From IMG/VR virus record IMGVR_UViG_3300011008_000016, positions 64,001 through 128,000 of that record: 64,000 bases of DNA. The stretch is one strand, 5' to 3'. Of the stretch, positions 28,906-37,601 are shown in pieces. The notes under the pieces are model-generated. The model did not search any database, was not told the DNA's origin, and saw only the letters and a list, made by a program, of their open reading frames with translations. Each line of letters begins with the position of its first letter. Within the stretch, counting starts at the first letter, position 1. The position numbers and the translations under genes were made by a program. The stretch is from a virus. Lineage: Duplodnaviria; Caudoviricetes.

Positions 28906-30123
28906 TCAATAATACGAATCATCATAAAGCCAGTCCTCAACAAATAGTTTGTTATGTAATTCGTCCATTCGTCGAATTGTTTGGTATGCATTATACCATT
29001 GTGCATTGCCTCGCCAAGACCCGTATCCGTTACGGACATCACTATAGTGAATCTTTCCTTCTTTTACCAAGTTTGCCATTCTCTTTAATTTCCGTCTTTC
29101 ACGAACAATGTTATCGTGAGGCATATTCTTAATGATTTTACCTGTCTCTGTGAGATTGTATTTTGTTTTAAGGAATGTAAATTTCGTAAGAGGACAAATC
29201 TGCGTTTTCTTTTCATTTACATGAATACCCAAATCTGTACATATTCTTACAAGTTGACCTAATAAATTCTGTAAGTATTCTTTACTCTCATGAATGACAT
29301 AAGTATCATCCATATATCGACCATAATAATGTAAACCACGAACGATTTTGCAGTAATTATCCATTTGAGTCGGATATAATATCCCAGAGATTTGTGATAT
29401 CTGACTACCAATCCCAAGAGACTTCCGCATCATCTTCTCTCCGGTGTGGAGTTCTTTTGGAATGTTATTGTAGTATTCCAGAGAATTAAATAAATCCTCT
29501 CTACAATGACTAAACTCCTCATCGGACATATATGATACATCTATCTCAAAGGTACTAATCAAATAAGTCACAATTCCCATTGCTAACTCATCTGGTATTT
29601 TCTCATTAAAATAGTTCAAGAGTTTTTCATGGTCAATATTGTCAAAGAATTTACGGAAATCAATTAGTAATACATATCCTTTGTTTGTTCCGTGTTTGCG
29701 ATAATACTGATGTAGGTGTCGATCTAATCGTTTACGTGTAAATCCGATTCCGCGTCCTTTGATCGATGCACCGTTGTCATAAATAAGATACCTCTGCACG
29801 GACGGATTAAGAATGTAGTCACAAACTGCACGATTAATCACACGGTCAGAGATATGCAAACTTTTAACGTGGCGGCGCTTTCCACGCTCATACAATGGAA
29901 ATTCGTAAAATGGTTTTTGTACGTATGTTCCATTGGACAAAACCTTCACAGTCCTATTGATGTTTTTAAGCATTGATGCCTCATATCGCTGTACGGACTC
30001 TTTCCAATCGACTCCCTTCTGCGAATTTTTGAATGCATCATACAAATTATTTGCATCTAACAACTTAGAAAATAGAGGATATTCGATTTCGAAATCCTCT
30101 ACATTTATATTTTCAGGAGTCAT
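28906..30123 (-). CDS. brt: DGR reverse transcriptase
   Basis: ERGKRR, DRVIN, GRG, LIDFRKFFDNIDH, GIGSQISQ, YGRYMDD, FTFL; likely start ATG 30123, with 30124-30259 as the TR-RT spacer. Confidence 0.93.
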   Translation of the reverse strand: MTPENINVEDFEIEYPLFSKLLDANNLYDAFKNSQKGVDWKESVQRYEASMLKNINRTVKVLSNGTYVQKPFYEFPLYERGKRRHVKSLHISDRVINRAVCDYILNPSVQRYLIYDNGASIKGRGIGFTRKRLDRHLHQYYRKHGTNKGYVLLIDFRKFFDNIDHEKLLNYFNEKIPDELAMGIVTYLISTFEIDVSYMSDEEFSHCREDLFNSLEYYNNIPKELHTGEKMMRKSLGIGSQISQISGILYPTQMDNYCKIVRGLHYYGRYMDDTYVIHESKEYLQNLLGQLVRICTDLGIHVNEKKTQICPLTKFTFLKTKYNLTETGKIIKNMPHDNIVRERRKLKRMANLVKEGKIHYSDVRNGYGSWRGNAQWYNAYQTIRRMDELHNKLFVEDWLYDDSYY

Positions 30124-30259
30124 AGTTTTTAACCCCTTGTTTATAGCCTCAACTGTCGTAACAGGACGCATCAATGGGGTAAATTCACCTTGCGGACGGA
30201 CAAGATCTCCTTTCTTAATTCTCCATGTCGGCTCTACATAGCCTACTCTTAGCATGGTC

Positions 30260-30358
30260 TAAGAAATCGGGCGCACACCGTTCGAGTTGGACGCGTTGTT
30301 GTTATTGGAATTGCCATTGTTGTTGCAATTCGCAAAGTTCGTCGAGTTCGCAACGGCT
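30260..30358 (-). repeat. DGR template repeat (TR) with IMH*
   Basis: 13 AAC/AAT codons; matches 33325-33424 except at adenines and one indel at the 3' end. Confidence 0.95.
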
Positions 30359-30416
30359 TTTTCTTCAATGAGATCAGATCTTCCCCGAGATTTCTTACGA
30401 TATAGCTGTAAGCATC

Positions 30417-31238
30417 CTACGTAGTTGTTACCTGCTCAGAAATAATTTTTGGAGAATTGTTCACAGACGTATTAATGATGGTTTTAGCATCACAGACCTC
30501 GTCGTCATCCAATTCGGTGTATTCCCTGATGAATCTATCTGCATACGATTTATGTTGATTATTGGCTGTTGCCGTGTTTTCAGTTTCTGTTTTGTCTTTG
30601 GTATGTTTCTTTTTGCGTTTCTGTTTTTGTTGGTTATTATAATCGTACTCTTCTCGAACTTTCTTTTCAATCTTCTCTCGTTCGATTTCTCTATGAAGGT
30701 CATTCGCATAGATTTTCTTTAAGAGACGATTGTCGCTCTTTCGCCAAGCTCGAAGTAGAGCAATTTCTTTTTCGATGAGGTCAACGTAAGGTAAATATTT
30801 GTTCACGTTAATATCAATCACCGTAAGGATATATTGTAATTCTTGTAGTATCTGTTCACAACAACCAATGGCTTGAGACTGATATTTTCGTCGTTCTGTC
30901 CATTCATCCATAGTTGTTGGATATAATGTATTTGCTTGAATAATGTTTCGAATAAGAAACCTGACTTCCGACATAACCCTGACTCGCATATCGGAAATTA
31001 ACCACTCAGGGTATTCGTCAACGATATTTCGTATTCCATACTTATCAACGATTTCCAGAAACTGTTCTGTATCCTCTGGAGACATTCGATTGATTCTCGT
31101 ATAGAGTTCTGAATTACGAACTTTAGCCTTGACACCGAAATCCCTGAGTAGTAATTCCGTTATGTTCTTTCTTATCTTGTATGCCGTGTGTAAAAATTCA
31201 AGTCTTGAGGTCTTTCTCTTACTTTTAAGTACCGACAT
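30417..31238 (-). CDS. avd: Avd-like accessory protein with basic C-terminal extension
   Basis: MSVLKSKRKTSRLEF...ANTLYP...RRKYQSQAIGCC...LLRAWRKSD; directly upstream of TR; TACA-N6-TAA at 31280. Confidence 0.85.
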   Translation of the reverse strand: MSVLKSKRKTSRLEFLHTAYKIRKNITELLLRDFGVKAKVRNSELYTRINRMSPEDTEQFLEIVDKYGIRNIVDEYPEWLISDMRVRVMSEVRFLIRNIIQANTLYPTTMDEWTERRKYQSQAIGCCEQILQELQYILTVIDINVNKYLPYVDLIEKEIALLRAWRKSDNRLLKKIYANDLHREIEREKIEKKVREEYDYNNQQKQKRKKKHTKDKTETENTATANNQHKSYADRFIREYTELDDDEVCDAKTIINTSVNNSPKIISEQVTTT

Positions 31239-31317
31239 ACGATTTAGTTCCTTTCTCATAAAGATGTAAAAGATTTCATTATAAAAATGTATGTCGTTTG
31301 GAAATTAATTAGAAATA

Positions 31318-32679
31318 TTATCCAATTAACCAATAAGGCCGTAATCCTACATCAACTACGAATATATTATTATTATATATTCGTGGACAATATAATCTGG
31401 ATAATTTACCAGTTGGATATCTAATTGTAAGTCCCATATTGGATGGGTTAGAAGCAGAAGCCCCATTAGCATTATTGCTATTATACACAATGACGTTTGT
31501 ATCATTTCCACACACGCCATACTGATAACTCTCGTAATATGTGGTACCAATTATAGCAGCACTACCAACAGTTCCTGCATATGATGCTTGGTTTGATAAA
31601 ACCCATTGTTTAAATACATTTTCCGTACCTTTTTTTGCTAATCTAAAATTTGGATTAAGTCGAAATATTGGAAATTCTATATCCATCCATTCACCATCTA
31701 AATAATAAGCGTAATTGTTAGCAATGTATATATCACCAAATACATTTTTTATAGATGGTTCCCCAATTTTAAATAATACTTCACCATAATTTGGAGTTGT
31801 ATTTGGTGTTTTAAGATGAGAACCAAACTTATTACTTATTGCCGTTTCATATGCATTAAGTTTAGATGTAAATAATGGTCTATGTATTAGTGCTGTAGAT
31901 GATGTTGCCGCAACATCATCAAGTGTTGTTGTGCCACAATTAAGACAATGTCTTGGCATTATTATTGCAGCGTTTGAATTAAGCTCATTAAATCCGTTTT
32001 CTAAAAATCCACATATTACGCATTGAATTGGCTCATTAGATTTATACGTTGTAGATACAGTGATATCGAAATAATCACCAATGAATAAATCCTCAAATGT
32101 ACCATCTGATATCATTTGACAAATTTGATTAATCGTATAAACATTCGTCAAGTCTTTTCCGCGATATATTGAATTATGTGCCCCCGCATTATTTGCAACT
32201 GTAAACAGCGTTGCAGGGATATTATTCAGTTTATTTTCAGCAGTTGTAAGTCTTGTTCCATGATTTGTAATATTCCCTTCTGCTGTACTCATGCGCGTTG
32301 TTAGATTTGAGATAGACGTTCCTTGTGAACTATTAATACTTTCAGTAGAACTCATCCTCGTTTTTAAATCTGAGACATCCGATTGTAACGTTGCTATATC
32401 TTCAGAAGTATCTGGAACATCTAAATTTGCAACGGTAGTCTCCAAAGTTGTAAGGCGAGTCTTAACATTTTCATTATCCGCTTTAAAAGACTCAAATGAA
32501 GTCAGTATATTATCGGGTACAAACTCTTCTAAGAATTCTGCTTCTGTTCCAGTGTATCCATTTCTCTTAGCAACTTCATACGAAGATTCCCCTTTATCAC
32601 CACTAATCGCAGCGATTCCTTCGTATTTCCCAGTATCGGGATTCACTACTTTAAGCGTTTCTTTTCGAATAGCTAACAT
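31318..32679 (-). CDS. tail fibre / receptor-binding protein with DUF6273-like C-terminus; paralogue of the DGR target without a VR
   Basis: N-terminus nearly identical to 33316-34526; coiled coil; NAGAHNSIYRGKDL; ends GLRPYWLIG. Confidence 0.8.
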   Translation of the reverse strand: MLAIRKETLKVVNPDTGKYEGIAAISGDKGESSYEVAKRNGYTGTEAEFLEEFVPDNILTSFESFKADNENVKTRLTTLETTVANLDVPDTSEDIATLQSDVSDLKTRMSSTESINSSQGTSISNLTTRMSTAEGNITNHGTRLTTAENKLNNIPATLFTVANNAGAHNSIYRGKDLTNVYTINQICQMISDGTFEDLFIGDYFDITVSTTYKSNEPIQCVICGFLENGFNELNSNAAIIMPRHCLNCGTTTLDDVAATSSTALIHRPLFTSKLNAYETAISNKFGSHLKTPNTTPNYGEVLFKIGEPSIKNVFGDIYIANNYAYYLDGEWMDIEFPIFRLNPNFRLAKKGTENVFKQWVLSNQASYAGTVGSAAIIGTTYYESYQYGVCGNDTNVIVYNSNNANGASASNPSNMGLTIRYPTGKLSRLYCPRIYNNNIFVVDVGLRPYWLIG

Positions 32680-32710
32680 AGTTAATCTCCTTTCTTAAAT
32701 TAACAAATAA

Positions 32711-32747
32711 GAGAGTAACCGAGTATTTTTGTTACTCGGTTACTCTC
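32711..32747. terminator. hairpin / terminator
   Basis: 15-bp stem GAGAGTAACCGAGTA / TACTCGGTTACTCTC. Confidence 0.65.
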
Positions 32748-32860
32748 AAATTGCCTTATTTTATTCCGGTAAACCCCAATTTATACTCCTTAATTTTCAC
32801 TAAAAAGTTTATTGAAATCTACCTTAAAAAGAAAGGAAACTACACTTTATTCGGGTAGAA

Positions 32861-33097
32861 TTAAGCTTCCGCTTCTGCCGCATCCAAAGCTTTAAGCTGG
32901 TCCTGAAGTTCGTTAATCTCATCCCGAATTGCCTGCCGCTGTTCCATAATTGCGTTCAGATCATAAGGCATCGGTTTTCCCATTCTTTCATATTCAAGAC
33001 ACTTCGTTACTGCCCAATCACCAACACGGGAAGCAGTAGAGCCAAGGTCCACCGTCAAATCAACAATTCTCTGATTGATCCTCTGACGTTCATCCAT
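32861..33097 (-). CDS. small coiled-coil protein, possible fibre chaperone
   Basis: ATG 33097 after GGAGGT; DWAVTKCLE...PYDL...RQAIRDEINEL; lies directly after the DGR target. Confidence 0.65.
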   Translation of the reverse strand: MDERQRINQRIVDLTVDLGSTASRVGDWAVTKCLEYERMGKPMPYDLNAIMEQRQAIRDEINELQDQLKALDAAEAEA

Positions 33098-33238
33098 TTT
33101 TATTACCTCCATTAGATTTCGATTATAAATTCGACGGCGGGCTATTAACCATAGCCCGCCGTGGTTTCACAGATTATTCTTGATAACCTAATTTGCTTGG
33201 TTCATTGTTTCAATAACTCTTAATTTGTTGCTCGCAGA

Positions 33239-33309
33239 ATCGTTCACTCGCCCCACACGGGGGCGAGATTGAACGATACGGTCCCTTGTCCCTACGGGAC
33301 TGCGGGACC
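33239..33309 (-). promoter_or_regulatory. GC-rich hairpins downstream of VR/IMH (DGR target-recognition cruciforms)
   Basis: GGTCCC..GTCCC-TAC-GGGAC..GGGACC (33280-33309) and ATCGTTCA-CTCGCCCC...GGGGCGAG-TGAACGAT (33239-33277). Confidence 0.75.
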
Positions 33310-33315
33310 TAGCGA

Positions 33316-34526
33316 TCAACCGATTAAGAAATACGGGCGCACACCGTACGAGTTGGACGCGTGGCTGTAACCGGAATGGCCATGGTAGTTGCAAACCGCA
33401 AAGGTCGTCGAGTGCGCAACGGCTCCAGATGAGCAATCTTAGCCGCCGGATTCAGACGGAACAGGTTGAACTGGGTGTTATTTGCTCCGATATCATAGAA
33501 CGAAGAACTCATAACGGTAGAACCATACAAATTCACTTCACTCATCAGACGAAGCTGTAAGCTAACCCATTCCCATCCACTCGCCGCTCCAGTTAAGCCA
33601 GCACCTGCCATAGAAGCACTGTTATTAGAAGCGTTCGAAATTAAACTCTTGTAAGAGAGCAGGTGACTACTTCCAATTACATTAGCAATCGCAGTTGCAT
33701 ATGCAGGAAGCGTTGTAGAATGCATGACTGTTGACTTATATCCACCGGTCACCACATCCGAAGTATTCATCTGAGCGGTTGTCTTGAAGCAGTCCGCAGG
33801 AACAATCGTTGCATGGTGCTTGGTCAACTCCGTATCACCGTTCCCAAGGAAGGTATCAAAGTCAGCCAATACGCACTTAACAACCTCACTACCTCCAATA
33901 GAGGAGTTAATCGTTATTGTGAAAAAGTCACCGATGAATAAATCATCGAAGCTCCCGTCGGCAATCTTAGCACAAATCTGGTCAACCGTATAGATATTGG
34001 CCAGATCCTTTCCTCTAAAGATAGAGTTATGTGCACCGGCATTGCTCTCCACAGACATTCCACCAGTCTGTCCAGATAAACCAGAGATGTTACTCTCAGC
34101 CGTAGTCATCCTTGACTGTAAGCTACTGATATCAGACGTATGGGTGCCAATAGTGGTACCCTGTGTAGAAACGGTACCCTGCAATGTAGAAACATTTCCC
34201 TGAACGGTGGACATGTTGCTCTTTAACGTAGATACGTCGGAGGTCAGAGAAGATACATCCGGAATATCCAGATTGTTTACCGTAGTCTCCAACGTACTAA
34301 CACGCGTTTTCGTGTTTTCAACATCAGCCTTAAACTCCTCAAAGGACAGTACCACATTCTCAGGTACGAATTCCTCTAAGAATTCAGCCTCTGTTCCAGT
34401 AAACCCAAGCCTCTGGGCGATTTCGTAGGAAGATTCTCCTCTGTCCCCAGTGATAGCAGCGATACCTTCGTATTTGCCACTATCGGGATTTACCACTTTA
34501 AGTGTTTCCTTACGAATAGGTAACAT
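33316..34526 (-). CDS. DGR target receptor-binding protein (DUF6273/CLec-like), frameshifted at the VR 5' border
   Basis: main frame stops at 33324; the VR frame reads AVAHSTTFAVCNYHGHSGYSHASNSYGVRPYFLIG* to 33316. Confidence 0.85.
33325..33424 (-). repeat. DGR variable region (VR)
   Basis: 13 substitutions against TR, all at TR adenines. Confidence 0.95.
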
Positions 34527-34664
34527 AATTAATCTCCTTTCGATAAATTATTGATGAAGGCAACCGAGCAAAGATATTACCCGGTTACCCTCATTTTTGA
34601 AACTATAAAAGTTTCCATTTTTGGTGTCCAAGTAACCTTTACGACTTACGTGGTTAAGAACCCT

Positions 34665-36050
34665 TTAAAAATCGTCGTCAACGTCACCGTCACCATCAAC
34701 TGTAGGAACAGAAGAAGGTGTGATAGTTTCTGACTCAGACGAATTTGTCAATGCTTCCAGCTTTGCATCTATATAATCCGTCAGACCGAAGTCTGTCTTG
34801 TAGATGACCACTGGTGTCTTCGCCAAGAAGTAGTACTTCGAGTACGTATAGATTTCTTCATTGTCCTCGATATCTTCCCAATAAATGGTAATCTTGTACT
34901 TCTCCTCGTCCTTAGGGATAAAAACAAACGGCTCCCTATAGACATCCTGCTTCTTGTATGTATCATCAACTGCGTTGAAGACACTAAACTTGATAGCAAT
35001 TCCTTCCGGAATGTAGATGAGCCGCTTCCTATTCTCGATGAATTCATCCGTACAAATTGCATTCCGCCTCTCAGTCCTGTTCCCAATACCATTAATGTAT
35101 CCACTCATGATAAATGGGATTTCAGTTAATTCATTCCCAGAAAGGCTGATTGCATACGGATTTGGTGTAGACCACAGCTTTAAGTCATTGGTCTTGATGA
35201 AGTCCTTAACATTCTCAATCGTAAGATGGTTAATGTCCGTAATGGCAATACGATATTTCTTTGTCGTATCAACACTGGCGATACCATCCGAATTAAGAAT
35301 ATGGGTTGCCGAACTGAAAGTATCATCAGCGTTATACGCCAAGATACCAATTGTCCTAAGACTGGAGCACGAATATTCCACCATATCATCCAAAGTGATA
35401 TAACCCTTTGAACGAACCATGTGGTTATGTGCATTAATCTCAAGACCATTGTAAACGTCAAGTCCGCCGTACTCCCACTCGCATTCTGCAAGGATATCCC
35501 TCAGATATCCGTTCTTGAAAGCGCTGCTATCGGTGAAGGAAACCATACCATTATTGGCATTCCGCATCTCCCTCTGGATTTTCTGGCTACTCCAAGTATC
35601 CTCGTTGCTTACTTCCAAATCTTTGATTTCAGGAATATATACCATTTCATCCCGTTCAGAAGTATCGATCCAAGCCTTTGCAAATGTAGGTGGCTCATTG
35701 TCGCCGACATAGATGTCCCTGTACTTTTTGATTTGTTCACGGACAGCTTCGCCAGCGCTTGAATAGGTCGTTGTACCATCTATTCCAATACGGATATCAG
35801 CAAGTTCTGCATCACCTGTCGTTGACCCGTCAGTTAAGGATACGATCTGGCTAATCCGGTTACGCTCAACCGCTAAATCAGAATTTACCTGATCAATAAG
35901 CGAAGCTAACGTTCCAGATATTGCTTTATTCTTTTCGGTTGCATCTAATGCGTAGAAACCGACTTTATCGATGTTGGAATCATTACGAATCCGATTACCG
36001 AGACGAATCTGTTCCGTAAGACGGTCCATTAATAGATCGTGTAATCGCAT
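34665..36050 (-). CDS. tail-associated protein (full-length copy)
   Basis: 461 aa; YALDATEKN...GTLA...VNSDL then [25 protein letters not shown]; late motif at 36080-36091. Confidence 0.75.
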   Translation of the reverse strand: MRLHDLLMDRLTEQIRLGNRIRNDSNIDKVGFYALDATEKNKAISGTLASLIDQVNSDLAVERNRISQIVSLTDGSTTGDAELADIRIGIDGTTTYSSAGEAVREQIKKYRDIYVGDNEPPTFAKAWIDTSERDEMVYIPEIKDLEVSNEDTWSSQKIQREMRNANNGMVSFTDSSAFKNGYLRDILAECEWEYGGLDVYNGLEINAHNHMVRSKGYITLDDMVEYSCSSLRTIGILAYNADDTFSSATHILNSDGIASVDTTKKYRIAITDINHLTIENVKDFIKTNDLKLWSTPNPYAISLSGNELTEIPFIMSGYINGIGNRTERRNAICTDEFIENRKRLIYIPEGIAIKFSVFNAVDDTYKKQDVYREPFVFIPKDEEKYKITIYWEDIEDNEEIYTYSKYYFLAKTPVVIYKTDFGLTDYIDAKLEALTNSSESETITPSSVPTVDGDGDVDDDF

Positions 36051-36188
36051 ACCTACTTATCTCCTTTCTAAAGTATTTTTATAGGTTTGTTAAAGATAAA
36101 AAGCCAGTACGACGCAAACCGTACCTCTGATAAAGTCGTACTGGCTCTTGTCTTTATTGATTTGTTTCGTCTTACACTTTCATATCCA

Positions 36189-36998
36189 TCAAATCATTTT
36201 AGAAAGCGTAGCAGGTCCAACAATACCATCTGCTTTCAGACCATTCTTCTCCTGATAAGCAATGACTGCACTTCTGGTTCCTGCTCCAAAGAGTCCATCT
36301 TCCGGAACACCAACCTTCATCTGTACGAATCGTACTGTTTCTCCCTTAGAGCCAACTACGTAACGACCTGATACCTTATTGAAGGTAGCATTCAGAGAAA
36401 TCTTGTTCATGACAGCTTTGGTCTTCGGACCAAACTTACCATCTTCAACAAGAGAACCTAACTTATCAGCATTAATCGCCTTCTGGAATAACAGACAAGA
36501 GTTGGAAGCAATCGCCGCACAACTTGTCTTGAATCCAGTATCAATCTGAGCAGAACCATCTGCTGCTGTAAGGAACAGAGCCTGTTCTTTTGCACGCCTT
36601 GTCACCAGACCTGCAAGTGTATTTCCTCCAGCCTTGCAGTATTTCGGAATAGAAGCTGCAATCTGGTCAAGAGTCCTATTTGCACAAAGAGTCTTCAGAT
36701 TTCCCTGACCGCAATTAAATGCAAAAGATACCAATGCATCAAACTGATTCTGATTCAGAGAATCCGTTACCGGAACATAGACTCTGTTATTTACATAACC
36801 TTCAAATTTCTGAAGGTCTTGCTTAAGTAGATTTTCTGCCTGTGCCTGAGTAATTGTCATACCAGCCTTAACATCAGCACCTGTATGACCATAACCAATC
36901 GTGAGCACACCCGCAGAGCATTTGTAAGTTGTCAAACGGCATCCTTCACATGACATGATAAGGTTGACACCGTTCTGACTTGTTTTACGATTTGCCAT
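36189..36998 (-). CDS. GH24 lysozyme with peptidoglycan-binding domains
   Basis: EGCRLTTYKCSAGVLTIGYGHT, LNQNQFDALVSFAFN, GLVTRRAKE; DGxFGxxT and DGIVGPAT repeats. Confidence 0.92.
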   Translation of the reverse strand: MANRKTSQNGVNLIMSCEGCRLTTYKCSAGVLTIGYGHTGADVKAGMTITQAQAENLLKQDLQKFEGYVNNRVYVPVTDSLNQNQFDALVSFAFNCGQGNLKTLCANRTLDQIAASIPKYCKAGGNTLAGLVTRRAKEQALFLTAADGSAQIDTGFKTSCAAIASNSCLLFQKAINADKLGSLVEDGKFGPKTKAVMNKISLNATFNKVSGRYVVGSKGETVRFVQMKVGVPEDGLFGAGTRSAVIAYQEKNGLKADGIVGPATLSKMI

Positions 36999-37024
36999 TT
37001 CTATTACCTCCTTATATTATTTAG

Positions 37025-37498
37025 TTATGAACCTGATTCCTCTTCTGCCGTAGGATTCAATACCTTACCCTGTTCTGTAAGCAACTTCGTGATGTCGTTA
37101 ATACGATCAATCAAGATGTCAACTGTATTTTCCAGAGCTGTAATCCTATCCAGAGCCAAGAATGAAGTCCATGAACCAACTGTAGTTGTTCCGTTATCGA
37201 CAACAACGATGGAGTGCCATTCCGATGATAATCCGGAACTATTAACGCCCTTAATAACAATAAGAGCGTTTGAAGCAGAGTAGATTATAACTTGCTTTAC
37301 GCCCCAAGCCAAATCCGTTGGAGCATTTGTTGTTGATGAACTTACTAACTGCGGACGATTTACAGAACTCAACGGGTTCGATAAATCAATCCCCTTTGCA
37401 TCAGATGCTACACCATTCGATGAAGCTGCCTGTATGGTTTGGGCATTAAGTCTGTCGTCTTCCTTAATGCCATCCTTGGTAAGTATAGCCCTTCCCAT
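37025..37498 (-). CDS. hypothetical tail-associated protein
   Basis: 157 aa, AAAGGAG RBS, TNAPT..WG knob-like segment. Confidence 0.7.
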   Translation of the reverse strand: MGRAILTKDGIKEDDRLNAQTIQAASSNGVASDAKGIDLSNPLSSVNRPQLVSSSTTNAPTDLAWGVKQVIIYSASNALIVIKGVNSSGLSSEWHSIVVVDNGTTTVGSWTSFLALDRITALENTVDILIDRINDITKLLTEQGKVLNPTAEEESGS

Positions 37499-37601
37499 AA
37501 AGATTTTTCTCCTTTCCTTTATATTTACTTAAATGAGAAGAGGAAGTCTTTTTCAAACTCCCTCTTCCATTTAGTTTTTAACCTGAAAGCGTTTATTCCT
37601 C

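Noticed and set aside
28906-30255. RT as a group II intron, retron or defence RT; 449-aa start at 30255
   Set aside because: TR/VR pair, avd and the GSQISQ motif identify a DGR; 30124-30259 fits the non-coding spacer and ATG 30123 is the likelier start.
31318-31520. Second VR in the paralogous fibre gene
   Set aside because: No nucleotide match to TR, contains insertions, and has no downstream GC hairpin. The 3' ends of 16067 and 37602 also do not match TR.
33188-33436. 82-aa ORF over the VR
   Set aside because: Third reading frame across the VR and hairpins; no RBS.
37522-37532. TATTTACTTAA inverted relative to 27127-27137 as an inversion site
   Set aside because: AT-rich 11-mer without the adjacent TCTGATTTA core; chance match is likely.
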